A stretch of DNA of 64,000 bases from Chiloscyllium plagiosum. Lineage: Eukaryota. The stretch lies in NCBI RefSeq assembly GCF_004010195.1, contig NC_057711.1, forward strand, positions 53,557,222 to 53,621,221, in the 5' to 3' direction. Numbering within the stretch: the stretch's first letter is position 1; the number at the start of each line of letters is the position of its first letter. A program made the position numbers and the translations under genes. This document shows, piece after piece, positions 37,186-51,135 of the stretch. A model generated the notes under the pieces. It did no database searches, was not told the origin of the DNA, and was given only the letters and a program-made list of their open reading frames with translations.

Positions 37186-37739
37186 CTGATGTAAATATTT
37201 AAGGAATAGTGGTTACTGAGGGTAAAATACAAGTAACAGCAGTAAACTAGTTCAAAGCAAAATAGGGGTAGGTAGGAAAGAGAAAATGAGAAACAGTGTC
37301 CTCAGCTATACAGAGAAAAATGAATAATCTCAAAACTTAAACATTTTTACATGTGTTACAACTTTGTACACGACTATAGAGACATAAATGATCAGTTTCC
37401 AACAAATACATTAAAAAGGATAGATGACAACAGGAGGAACAATTCCATAAATGTATAATTTACTAGCTTTCCATTGTTTGCTAATGTCAAACCACCAAAT
37501 ATTTTAAATTCTAAGAATATGCTAAAGTTTGAATCTGAATTTCTCTCTGGCTTGAATCATTGATAATAGTCAAAATTTAAAAAGTGAAAAATTGTTTAAT
37601 TATGATGGGTACATCTTTTTGAACTGACAGCAAACTGTCATTGGAAAATATCACTTGCATCTCCACTGCATAGTAGCAATATAAACACCTTGCTTAACCT
37701 ACTCAGATATTGGAGGTACATTTTTGTTTTTGCAACATA

Positions 37740-39226
37740 CTGTATTTACTCACGTACAGGTCAATGTATAAGTTGACCTCTTATTTTGCCCAAAAAATCT
37801 TGTATTTTTCATACATTTCATGTATACGTTGACCATACTACATTGCATTATAAACCTTTTACAAAGGAAACTGCATGTTCCCATTAACTTACTTTGCTGA
37901 AATTTCAGATTTTTTCAAAAATATTTCTTCATTAAGCAGATTTTAAGTCAATGTTCCCATTAACCCACTTAAACAAAGTCACATTCATTTATTCATACTG
38001 GTAACTTTATTCATCACTCTTTACTTACTACCAGTCTATCGCATGCCCATTCATTAATTCATAACTCTACTTACAGCACTTTGAATGAATCAAAATATGC
38101 TGTAGTAAACAAAATGCTGTAAGTAGAATTATGGATGAATAGAGATGCGATATAGTAACCAAAGAGCAATGAGTAGAGTTACCAGTCTGAACAAACGAAC
38201 GAATCATTCAGACTGGTAACTCTACTCATTGCTCTTTGCTTACTATATCGCATCTCTATTCATTCATAACTCTACTTACAGCACTTTGTTTACAGCATGT
38301 TTTGATTCATTCATTCAGATCGGTACTAAGTCGATTGGTACTTATTGCACTTTGTTCACTATACAGCCAAAAGTTAATATTGTTAAAAAGTTAATAATTT
38401 TAATTGAACCATTATATCTGAATAAAAGTGTGAATTATATTAACTACATACCAGTATATCTTTAATTCTTTGACATTTCATTATATTGCTTTGTTCAGTT
38501 CCAAAACAATTAGGAATAAGATTAAATCCACTCATGTAGAGGATTTTACAGGATACCTTGTTCCTCTTAAAATCCAATTTTGTATTAATCAGCATTGATG
38601 TAATTATTCTAAGTTAACTTACAATTAGTACTCTCTTCAGAATAATAGTGTGGGCGTGCAGTCGAAGTTTCATTTATTTAATTCGAGCACAGTTTGTTGA
38701 GCGAGCTGCTTTGTAACAGTGTCCCCTCACCCCCCCCAAATCAGTACTAGGCTACAAACCTCCAGTGCCTTCCATCAGCACAGCCCCACACAGGTACACA
38801 GTGGGCAGGCAGTGCTGGTCACCGGTCTCCAATTATATCACTGCCTGCATGTCTGCCTGCTTGATGGACAGGCTTGCAAGCCAATCAGAGCTGTGGCTTC
38901 TGGACAAGAAACTCACCCATCCAACCATCAGAGAGAGACTGGAACTCCATGTACTGCGTCAGAGAATGTCGCAAATTGAGGAAAGTTTGTGTTCCTGACT
39001 CAGACCCGGCAGGAAGATGGACAGTAGAAAATTAGCATTCAGTAACTATTAAGGATTCTTCTTTATCTGGGATTAGTTGCGCGATCAAATAGACTTCTAC
39101 TAATAATACGGTATTTCGAACTACAGCATGAATGTCAGCCCCTCGAAAACAATACCATGTATATGTCAATTCTCTAATTTCAGCTTTAAAGTCTTCAAAA
39201 TTCGACCTATACACGAGTATATATGG
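37740..39226. mobile_element. Non-autonomous Tc1/mariner (pogo/Tc2-like) DNA transposon relic in RIOK2 intron 7
   Basis: TA on both flanks; degenerate TIRs CTGTATTTACTCACGTACAGGTCAA vs (reverse complement) CCATATATACTCGTGTATAGGTCGA; subterminal ATGTATAAGTTGACC-type repeats; no transposase ORF seen. Confidence 0.6.
38082..38312. repeat. ~110-bp-arm inverted repeat with 15-bp spacer
   Basis: 38082-38191 is the near-perfect reverse complement of 38207-38312; a diverged third copy lies at ~37985-38083. Confidence 0.92.
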
Positions 39227-39396
39227 TATTTCTTTCAGCATATCCAAGTTCTGTACTCCCAAACAATAACCAACACGGCATTGTTGGTTGGTGTTAAATT
39301 ATGCCTTTTGAACATACTACCAATTTACAGCCAAACAATTAGTTTCAAACTACAAAATTAAATTCCACAAGAATATATCAACTCAAATGTTGCTCA

Positions 39397-39504
<108 letters not shown>

Positions 39505-40563
39505 TCACTTTATAATTAATATTTTCAGAATTGGTGTATTAAATATATATTTTTCTGAAAATCTCCGTCGCTTATCTTTTTAAAAAATTGCCAATAAAAA
39601 TCTGCTTTTCCCTTTGTAAGACAAATGATTTTCATTAAAATCTTATGATTTATTGTTTTGGGCACCAATACATTTAAAAAAAAACAATGTTAACATTTAT
39701 GCAAGTTGAACTTCTGCAAAATACACTAAAGACCATTTTCTAATCATCATTAACTTTTAATTTTATATTTTAATGACCACTAAATTCCATCCCCAACAAA
39801 CAACTTCACCTGCTAGGGAAGCCATTTAGATTGCTGGTAAAGTTAGCAGAGCAGTTTACTTTCCCCTGTCTTTCAATTCTAATTCCAGCTTTCTTCTTGA
39901 AGCTTATCTTGCCTCTGTTGAGTACCTTCTCTTGAGTGACATTAACAATTCGTTATCAAAGAAATTGAGAGCTCACAGACCAAATTATAACATTATTTCT
40001 TTCAGTCAGTGAAAAATAACTTTAGAGACCCTGTCTCAGCAGAGAAAAAGAAAGAAATACTACAAATACCACAAGTTCAAAATAAAAGTGGCAAACACTG
40101 AATGGATCCACAGCTTCCTGAAAAAGACCTGAAAAGTTTGAATAGAAACAGTTCAACAGAACTCGAGATAAAAGGATGTCCACCCAAAACCCCTTTTCTT
40201 TTTAGAAATGAGGTTCAAAACATTCTCCATGTTATGTGTATTTTTTGTAAAAATTCTAGTTTTTGTCATAGTCATGGTTTCCATTGGATAAAGATCATAA
40301 TCAATTCATTTACTGAAACGATTAACTTCCTGTGAATCAAACAGTTGGGCACATATGAAAGAAAAGTTGGAAGTAAAGTCTTACTCAGATAATATGCCTT
40401 TGAAGGAGGACAGATGCAATAATAACTTAAGTTGCAGAATGCAAATGAATATTGATTTATTTGTGCAAGAAACAGGATAGCATCCATTCTAAATCAGTGG
40501 TAAATTATTCCATATAAAATGAACAGAAACTGGGAAAAAAAAGTTGTTTTGGTTTTGTATTTA

Positions 40564-40791
<228 letters not shown>

Positions 40792-41295
40792 TTAAAACCC
40801 CACTTGCTTCCTCCCTTTCACCACCCCACTTGGTTCACAGTGAGTGAGGTGGTGAGTTGGGAGAGGCGGTGAGCTTCAGATATTTTCAAACAGTTATTAG
40901 GATACTAAGAGTTAGCAAGTAATTAAGGATTACTAAGAGCACTTTTGTTAATACCAATGATCTACTCAATCCACTACAGTTTGTTTTGTAGAATTGTTGA
41001 AGAAAGCGTGAATCCAAAGTCATTTGACTCAAAAATATAAGGTTATTTATAGGAAGTTTGTGATACCTAGCCCAGATGTCTTAATAGTGTAAAAATTCCT
41101 GTGAGATCATCGCATAGGCATTATCAACTGTGTATACTTCTAAATGCTACCTCCCTCCAATTCACTTTTCTATGCTTTGTAGGAGCTTACCTCAAATGAA
41201 AATAGTTCATTCCTTCACAATAAATAGATTTTTAATCTAACAAAAAAAAACTGTTGGTAAAATAAGTGCCAATATTTCCCCAAAGCTCTCAACAT

Positions 41296-41960
41296 TCAGA
41301 ATCACAGAGCACGGAAACAGACCCTTCAGTCCAACTCATCTACGCTGACCAAATTTCCCAAACTAAACTAGTCCCATTTCCCTGCATTTGGGTCATATCT
41401 CTTTAAAAACCTCTTATTCATGTATCTATCCAAATTCTTTTAAATGTAGTAACTGAATCTGCATCCATCACTTCTTCTGGCAGTTTATTCCATATACGAC
41501 CCACCCTCAAATCCCTTTTAAATCTTTCTCCTCTCACCTTGAAACTATGTCCTCTAGTTTTGAGCTCCCCCACCTTAGGAAAAAGATCTTTACTATTCAC
41601 CTCATCAATGCCCCTCACGATTTTATAAACATCTATAATGTCACTCCTCAACCTCTTATGTTCTAGTGAAAAAAGTCACAGCCTATCCTTATAACCCAAC
41701 CCTCCAGTCCCAGCAAGAGTCTGGTAAATTTTTCTGAACCTTCTCCAATTTAATAATATCCTTCCTATAGGAGGACAACCAGAGCAGTAGACTCTGTTCC
41801 AAAGGTGGCCTCACTAACATCCTGTACAACCTCCTGACGTCCCCACTGCTATACTCAATGGTCTGAGCAATGAAGGCAAGTGTGCTGAACACCTTCTTAA
41901 GCAGCATGTCTGCCTCTGACAACTTTCAAAAGAACTACGTATCTGAATCCCTAGGTCACT
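41296..41960 (-). mobile_element. 5'-truncated CR1 LINE 3' end, inverted relative to its neighbour
   Basis: ORFs 41689..41922 and 41418..41651 give the CR1 ORF2 C-terminus (TRGHSFK, WNKLPEEV). Confidence 0.9.
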
Positions 41961-41989
41961 ACTTGACAACAATCTTACAACTACCTTAA

Positions 41990-42950
41990 TAAATTATTTG
42001 GATGTGAGCATAAAAGAGGTATAGTTAGTAAGTTTGCAGATGACACCAAAATTGGAGAGGAGGTGGACAGCAAAGAACGTTACCTCAGATTACAACAGGA
42101 TCTTGATCATATGGGCCAATAGATTGAAAAGTGGCAGATGGAGTTTAATTTAGATAAATGTGAAATGTTGCATTTTGGGAAAGCAAATCTTAGCAGGACT
42201 TATACACTTAATGGTAAGATCCTAGGGAGTGTTGCTGAACAAAGAGATCTTGGACAGCAGGTTCATAGTTCCTTGAAAGTAGAGTTCCAGGTAGATAGGA
42301 TAGTGAAGGTGTTTGGTATGCTTTCCTTTATTGGTCAGAGTATTAAGTACAGGAGTTGGGAGGTCATGTTGCGGCTGTACAGGACATTGGTTAGGCCACT
42401 GTTGGAATATTGTGTGCAATTCTGGTCTCCTTCCTATCGGAAAGATGTTGTGAAACTTGAAAGGGTTGAGAAAAGATTTACAAAGATGTTGCTAGGGATG
42501 GACGATCTGAGCTATAGGGAGAGGTTGAATAGGCTAGGGCTATTTTCCCTGGAGCGTCGAAGGTTGAGTGGTGACCTTATTAGGAGTTTATAAAATCATG
42601 AGGGGGATGGATAGAGTAAATAGACAAAGTCTTTTCCCTAGGATGGGGGAAGTCCAGAATTAGAGGGCATAGGTTTAGGGTGAGAAGGGAAAGATATAAA
42701 ACAGACCCAAGGGGCAACTTTTTTTACAGATAGGGTGATACGTGTATGGAATGAGCTGCCACAGGAGGTGGTGGAGGCTGGTACAATTGCAACATTTAAA
42801 AGGCATCTGGATGGGTATATCAATAGGAAGGGTTTGGAGGGATATGGGCCATGTGCTGGTAGATGGGACTAGATTGGGTTGGGATATCTGCTCGGCATGG
42901 ACAAGTTGGACTGAAGGGTCTGTTTTTATGCTGTACATCTCTATGACTCT
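41990..42950 (+). mobile_element. 5'-truncated CR1 LINE 3' end
   Basis: FADDTK-coding start, ORF 42138..42593 (LVRPLLEYCVQFWSP, FSLERRRL), tail CTATGACTCT. Confidence 0.93.
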
Positions 42951-43585
42951 CTTCTCCAGGGACCTCCCATTAACTGTATAAGTCTGTCATTCTCCCTTCT
43001 TGGATTCCATTCTCTTTTTACAATGCTCTCCACCCCAGTTCCCAGTTCCCCCCCCATAACATTCACTTAAATGACAGGGCATTTGTCTTTGAGCCTACAG
43101 TTCACAGGAGTCAACCACACTCCAAATTCCAGGACAGACTTTACCTCTACCTGATATTGTTTGTTAACGCAAAGCATTTACTCACTTACTCTCATTTATA
43201 GTAGTTTCAAGCAGCAAAACCATTTTATACATCAAAAAGTTGCCTTTTTCACATTTTCTACCTATCAAAAAGCAGGCTTTGTTAGCTCTTAGAGTTTGAA
43301 TTTGCCAAATCTAAAAAAAAATGCTGGTTTTGAACTGTAAATATCAGTTCAATTTTTCCCATGTCAAATGACAAAAATGAAAGTTACAAAATAAAAGTTA
43401 AGATGGGAATTCTGGGTAATCCAAGATGGAGGATGGGAAAAACGTCTGGCTGTAACAGGCTGTTCCTTTGAGATATTTTGGGTGTTGCAAGTGATTTCCT
43501 CAAATTCCAGGAGTAGCAATTACTGCTTTATATGCTGTTGCATTGTTTTGGACCTTTGGAGAAAAAAAAAGTCAAAACAACGATA

Positions 43586-43815
43586 CTTTTCAGAGGGTGG
43601 TGCATGTATGGAATAAGTTGCCTGAGAAAGTGGTGGAGGCTGGTACAATTGCAACAGTTAAAAGGCATAGGTATGCGTATATGAATAGGAAGGGTTTGGA
43701 GGAATATAGGCCGGGTGGTGGCAAGTGGGACTAGATTAGGTTAGGATATCCGGTCGTCATGGATGAGTTGGACTGAAGTGTCTGTTTCTGTGTTATACAT
43801 CTCTATGACTCTATA
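43586..43815 (+). mobile_element. CR1 3' tail fragment
   Basis: QRVVHVWNKLPEKVVEAGT in ORF 43543..43734; ends CTATGACTCTAT. Confidence 0.82.
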
Positions 43816-43954
43816 AATGCTTCTCTCATATGGTAGTATAAAGGTTATGGTACTGAATTTAAAACTTAGAGATCATATGTTCAAATTCTGCCACAGCAAA
43901 TGTGAAATAAAAAAAAGAGTTAAGACATGGAAAATACCCAGGCTAGGGCTAAAA

Positions 43955-44722
43955 TATGGCAAATAACATCTGCGCTACACAAATGCCACGCAGTGACCAT
44001 CTCCAACAAGAGATTATCTAACCATCATCCCTTGACATTCAAATGGTGTTATCACCACCAAATCCTTCATTACCAATATTCTTGGGGACACCATTGACCA
44101 AAAGCAAAACTGAACTAGCAGTATAAACAGTGTCTGTAAGAGCAGGTCAGAAGCTAGGAATCCTGCTGTGACTAACTCACCTTCTGTGCATCACCTACAA
44201 GGCACAAGTCAAGAATGTGACGCGAAACTCCTCATTTGCCTGGATGACTGCAACTCAATCAACAGTCATGAATCCTGACATAACCCAGGTCAAAGTATCC
44301 CACTTGACTGGTACCACATCCACAAATATTCTCTTTCTCCACCAAAGCTCAGTAGCAGCAGTGTGTACCATTTACACAAGATGCATTGCAGAAATTCACA
44401 AAGGCTCTTTAAACAACATCTTCGAAACCTACAACCGCTTTTAACTAGAGGCAAGACCAGCAGATACATAGGAATACTGCCACCTGCAAGTTACTCTCAA
44501 AACCATTCACCATTCTGACTTGGAAATCTATCACCATTCCTTCAGTGTTGTTGAGGCAAAATCCTGGAAATTTCTCCCTGACAGCATCGTGAATCTACTG
44601 ATAGCACATGGACTGCAATAGTTCAAGGTGACAGCTCACCACCACTTTCTCAAGGGAAAACAGGGATTGGCAATAAATACTGGTCCAGCCAGCAATACTC
44701 AGATCCCATGAGTGAAGAAAAA
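43955..44722 (+). mobile_element. 3' end of the same LINE family
   Basis: Matches the reverse complement of 60440-60910, then a tail CAGCTCACCACCAC...GGCAATAAATACTGG...GAAAAA. Related pieces at 3380-3640 (+), 27390-27800 (+), 35900-36490 (-) and ~510-660. Confidence 0.82.
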
Positions 44723-44920
44723 TAGATGTTTGAGTTATAAATATAAAGAAAGAGTTTTCTTTCTTTCTACTGGTGGTAAAAAAAGTGAGGCACTTTCCAG
44801 AATTTATTCTGTATGTGGATGGAAAAAAAAAGGGAACACTGGTTTTGGCCCCAGAATTTGAGTAGTCTTTCTCTCTCTATTTAACTGTTTAGCACAGTTC
44901 TTTGATTTGAGCATTGTAGG

Positions 44921-45420
44921 NNNNNNNNNNNNNNNNNNNNNNNNNNNNNNNNNNNNNNNNNNNNNNNNNNNNNNNNNNNNNNNNNNNNNNNNNNNNNNNN
45001 NNNNNNNNNNNNNNNNNNNNNNNNNNNNNNNNNNNNNNNNNNNNNNNNNNNNNNNNNNNNNNNNNNNNNNNNNNNNNNNNNNNNNNNNNNNNNNNNNNNN
45101 NNNNNNNNNNNNNNNNNNNNNNNNNNNNNNNNNNNNNNNNNNNNNNNNNNNNNNNNNNNNNNNNNNNNNNNNNNNNNNNNNNNNNNNNNNNNNNNNNNNN
45201 NNNNNNNNNNNNNNNNNNNNNNNNNNNNNNNNNNNNNNNNNNNNNNNNNNNNNNNNNNNNNNNNNNNNNNNNNNNNNNNNNNNNNNNNNNNNNNNNNNNN
45301 NNNNNNNNNNNNNNNNNNNNNNNNNNNNNNNNNNNNNNNNNNNNNNNNNNNNNNNNNNNNNNNNNNNNNNNNNNNNNNNNNNNNNNNNNNNNNNNNNNNN
45401 NNNNNNNNNNNNNNNNNNNN
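44921..45420. other. Assembly gap (500 N); other gaps at 9421-9920 and 13082-13532
   Basis: Runs of N, each abutting a retroelement. Confidence 0.99.
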
Positions 45421-45980
45421 CATAGGTATAGGGTGAGAGGAGAAAAAGGGACCTAAGGGACAACTTTTTCACACAGGTGGTGAGTGTATGGAATGCGCTG
45501 CCAGAGGAATTCGTGGACGCTGGTATAACTATAAACATTTAAAAGGCATCTGAATGTGCATATGAATAGGAAGGGTTTAGAGGGATCTGGGCCAAGTGCT
45601 GGCACATGGGACTAGATTAGGTTAGGATACCTAGTCGACATGGACAGGTTAGACGGAAGGAAAGGGTATATTTCCGTACTGTACATTTCTATGACTGGGG
45701 GCACACTTTTAAAGGTGAGAGGAGAGAAAGTTAAACACGAAGGGATTTTTTGTTTTACACACAGAGGCTGGTTCACATGTGGAATGAACTTCCTGAGGAA
45801 GTGATGGATGTGGATACAATCACAATGTTTAAAAGACATTTGGATAAGTACATGAATAGCAAGACTCACAGGGACATGGACCAGGAGCAGGCAGATGGGA
45901 CTAAATTTAGTTTGGGATTATGTTCAGCATAGACTGGTCGTACCGGAGGATTGTATGATTCGTGCTGTATGATTCCATGA
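45421..45980 (+). mobile_element. Two consecutive CR1 3' tails after the gap
   Basis: 45421-45696 and 45697-45980 each repeat the GGAATG...GAGGAA...TTTAAAAG tail and end in ATGACT-type repeats. Confidence 0.82.
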
Positions 45981-46715
45981 CTACTACTACTACTGGCACA
46001 TTGGTCTTCACACTGATGTCTATGAGAAAGATTTAACAATCCTTGTGCTGACATCCAGTGGTTTTTCAATGGAACTTCTCAATGCATGCTCACATTTGTT
46101 CTGTCAGTTAAGTGACCAGAATTTGGACATTATAAAGGCCTATCATACGGTCACCTAAAAATCTAACCCAACTACAGATTCACATAGTGAGTGGTACCTT
46201 TTTCTCGGAGTTAGAGCAAATAGCAATTTCTGTTTTGAAATGGAACTTTGCAGCAGAATTTCACATGTAATTAATGAACTAATGGATCTTAGACAATGGA
46301 CATCTGGACCAATACTGGTCTTCAAACAAGAGTGGTGTTAGTTAGTGAAGAATAAGGATGACAACATTCCTTTAAAATGGATTTGTAGTTTCTATTTTAG
46401 AATAGGAAAAAGATTTCTGAAGACACACCACGAGTGGACAGTAGTCTCGTATCAGTCTTTCCCAACTACCTTTCCTTCTTTCTCTCCCCTCACTTCATGC
46501 TTGCTTTATTTTCTCTCATCTTAACAGATTTCTGTTCAATACAAGATGACAGATGATCCAACAGGGAAAGAACCCATTTCAGAAATGAGTTGAAACATTA
46601 TATAATGATAGCACTAGTGAACAACCTCTTGCTTCCCTTTCAGTATTGGAGCACATCATTTTAAAGTACATTAAAAATGTTCCACTTTATTCATAAGGTA
46701 AATCTTGGAAAATTA

Positions 46716-46931
<216 letters not shown>

Positions 46932-48744
46932 TCAATGCAAATTAAGATATCATTGGTCAAAAGAAGAATTATTGGATTTAAAACATTAACACTGTTTCCT
47001 CAGCTACAGCACTTTGTTTTTAGTTCAGATCGCCAACATCTGCAGTGTTTATTTCTAATTATGATATTGGTGGAACTGGTCAGATCATAATTTTTAGGAC
47101 CTCAACAGTAAATATGCACAAATGGACCAGCTTCCGCTGTAATAAATAACCACCATGATCTGAGGAGTTCTTAGTCTGAAAATGGTAATAGGAAACAAAG
47201 TATATCCCAGCTGGTGGTTGCTCAGACAAGTTAGATCCCGAAAGGAAACCTGGCTTGATAATTTGTGTGTTTAATTTTTCCTATTTTTGAGAAGAGGTTA
47301 GTTACTGAAACATATTCACACAAGGCAGATGCGCTTTAACATGTTTGTTTGTCTCCTATTAAGAAATAAAACAAACTATAAATGACAGAATGATTGTAAC
47401 ATGAACAGCAGAAAAAAGTTTCAGCCTGTCTTCCAACATTATCCTTTTACAGCTACTCGGATCCAGAGAAATTTCATTTGCATCGTAACTCTTAAGATTT
47501 TACTGAACTGATTTCTCCTAGTTTCTCTTCTTTGGCCTGTACAGACAACTTTTGGATTTGTTTGAATCTACTGGTACGGCCTGTATGTTTTCAGTTCTAA
47601 CAACATGAATATCTTATCCAAACTCTCCTAGCTTGGAACCTCCACAAAACTAAAACACTTAAGCTATGGTGACTGGTTTTCCCTGCACTAAAACTTGAAT
47701 TGCCTTCGAGGAATTTTTCTCCTTTCTGTACTGAACTCCTGGAGAACTTGAACCTTCTGTTCTAAAGTCAAAATAAACTACTAATTTTATGGTACACTCA
47801 ATTGCATAAACATTCCATTCCTTAACACACATTCTTCAAGGAACGTGACTGCAACCACACACTGTTCCAAAAAAAAAACATTTTTACCAGTTACCTTCAC
47901 AGAACTGAACCAGATCAATTTGCCTTTATTTTACATCCAGACTCCAAAGTATAATCCTTATTACATATTTTTCATCATAATTATGTAGAACAATACCATT
48001 ATATCCTTTTTCCTTCTTGAGCAATGTAAAGCCAAATAGGCATCAAAAGTCCATAATGACAAATTAATAATGTAAACTGACAAAATATTACAAAGCATAT
48101 GATTTACACTAAAGCTTACTTTGCTTGTAAATACAATTTTAAAATTTCCCAAAATATTTCCCAAAATATTTCAGTTTAAGAAGATAATCAGTGAATGTTG
48201 AAAACAAATATCAGAGTATAACACAAGGCTGCAACAAACATGGAAGTATTTGGATGGCAAGAGAGCACAAGTGCCATCTGAATATGTAAGGTGAATATAC
48301 TTCTAGACATATTCCCAGATACCTTTTCTAACAAAGAACTGCAGATGCTGGAGATTTGACACAAGCAGAAACAGAAGAAACACAAGTCTCCTTAAATGTG
48401 TGAACAGACTAAGATACAAAGGACAGACCCCGAGAGGTTCACTGAAAAGTCAGTGTAGGCAGCCATAGATTCGTTGATCTGTTTACAGTCTAAATCAGTA
48501 CTAACCAGACCCATGATTCTCCAAATAAAGACACATAAAACATTTTACTCTGATATAAAATATTGTTTCAGTTTCCAATATGCTCAGTACATGCATTTGG
48601 GCACTTTGTATTAATGCCTTCCTACCTCAGTTGCCCAATGAGATGTTAATGGGCCTTTTCCTTTAGCTACTTCAGTCTTGCAATTTACCATTCACAAAAT
48701 GATTTCTTAATTTCAAATATTGTGCAAGCTGCATATTTTTGTTA

Positions 48745-48969
<225 letters not shown>

Positions 48970-50354
48970 CTAATTTTATTTTGCTAAATATCCTTGTTCA
49001 GTTGAGTTTCTGGTCACTTCCAATTCTCCATCCTACAATGTTCCAAATAAATTTAAAGAACAGCATCCATGAGATATTTTACTGCCCTCTGCCTTTAAAA
49101 TTAAATTTAACACCTAATCCACCACTTTCATTTTCTCTTGGACAGCAAGGGAATGGAAGAACACTGCTTCTGGTATAACCTATACATAAGCAAACATTGG
49201 GCTGTTCTGAGGCTCAACTTACCTTACCGTCTTCACAGTATGGGCCACTGGAGCCTTTCCCCTTTAATACTTTGTTGTAATCTTCTAACCCTCCATTGGA
49301 CTTTAATTTTGTTTTTACACTTCTCTCAATATCAAATAATTTCTTTGCAGACACACATTTGATTACTGCAATCCTCTACCCTACACAGATCCCTTTTGAC
49401 TATTTCCATCCCCACCTTCCTCCATTTTTTTCAGCTCTGTGCCTGCGACACAGCAGTTCATTCCGAAATTAATTCACCTGCCAAAATACTAACACTAATT
49501 TCTTCTGTACAAATACTGCGTGGCTGGCTGACGGTTTTCAGAATTTTCTGTAATGATCTTATCTCAACACTTTTGTACGGTGATGTAAAATGTACAACTT
49601 CAAGTTTTATAGTGTGAAGCTAATTTAAGCAATTTCTACAGTAGTAATATGATGCAACATTGCACATGATTTTGACAATTTTGATTGTTCTGCCTTGGTG
49701 TTATTTTTAGTTATGGTAAAATAAAGGATTCACTTGTTTTAAGGCCTGGGTGAGAGGGCTGCATACTCTCAGTTACTGAGTCAAAATCCTGGAAATCCTT
49801 TATTGACAGCCATGGAATGCAGTGATTCAACACAGTTGTTCATCATCACATTCTCAAATGAACTTAGGGTTAGGCAATATAGTGTTGGACGAGCCAGTGA
49901 AATAATACTAAAAAATGCAAAGACGGGAATGGAAACAAGGTGCTTACAGTGGTTAGACCTCACATCTCCAAATTTCCAAGATATTGTCAATTTCAATCTG
50001 TCAACAATTATACTTTAAACTATTTAACTTCCTCGCAAGGTAGAAGTACTGGTGTCTAAAGAAAAACAAATTTGCTTTTCCAACTGTATACAACGCACAT
50101 GCAATTGTTACTGCCCTGGACTTTTAGAGGGGAGAGTTGGGGCTCTTGTAGTATAGTGGTAGTGACCCTACCTCAAATACAGACTCAAAATTCCATCTAC
50201 TCCAAACGTGTGACATAAGTCAATCTGTTAAAGAATGTTAAATAAAAGGGGAAAGATAGGGTTCGTGTGGTGCATGGTAAAGTCCCTACCACTGAACTAG
50301 GGGACACAGGAAGTAGTTGCCCTTGCTCCAGATTGCATGATGCCATCACTGAAT

Positions 50355-51135
50355 GGTCATAGAGTCATATAGGGTCATAGAGTCATAGAGATGTACAGCA
50401 TGGTCTCTTTTATATCTTTCCCCTCTCATCCTGAACCTATGCCCTCTAATTCTGGACTCCCCAACCCCAGGGAAAAGACTTTGTCTATTTATCCTATCCA
50501 TGCCCCTCAATTTTGTAAACTCCTCAGCTGCCGACGCTCCAGGGAAAACAGCCCCAGCCTGTTCTACCTCTCCCTGTAGCTCAGATCCTCCAAACCTGGC
50601 AACATCCTTGTAGATCTTTTCTCAACCCTTTCAAGTTTCACAACATCTTTCCGATGGGAAGGAGACCAGAAATGCACGCAATATTCCAACAGTGGCCTAA
50701 TAAATGTCCTGTACAGCCGCAACATGACCTCCCAACTACTGTACCTGTCCACTACACCTCCAATTTTGGTGTCATCTGCAAACTTACTAACTGTACCTCT
50801 TATGCTCGCATCCAAATCATTTATGTAAATGACAAAAATTAGAGGACCGAGCATCGATCATTGTGGCACTCCACTGGTCACAGGCCTCCAGTCTGAAAAA
50901 CAACCCTCCACCATCACCCTCTGTCTTCTACCTTTGAGCCAGTTCTGTATCCAAATGGCTAGTTCTCCCTGTATTCCATGAGATCTAACCTTGCTAATCA
51001 GTCTCCCATTGGGAACCTTGTCGAACACCTTACTGAAGTCTGTATAGATCACATCTACTGCTCTGACCTCATCAATCTTCTTTGTTATCTCTTCAGAAAA
51101 CTCAATCAAGTTTGTGAGACATGATTTCCCACGCA
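50355..51135 (-). mobile_element. CR1 LINE RT fragment with internal deletions
   Basis: ORFs 50858..51136 and 50564..50854 (KSCLTNL, DFSKVFDKVP, SGVPQ, FADDTK); tail (CATAGAGT)n at 50359-50390. Confidence 0.92.

Noticed and set aside
45970-45995. Minus-strand VVME-coding stretch as candidate RIOK2 exon 5
   Set aside because: It is a CR1 tail plus (ACT)n microsatellite; flanking residues and splice sites do not fit.
47058-47900. Possible solo LTR in RIOK2 intron 3 (and a similar tract at ~51150-51710)
   Set aside because: Composition resembles the 6051-6748 segment, but no clean TG...CA pair or TSD could be identified.
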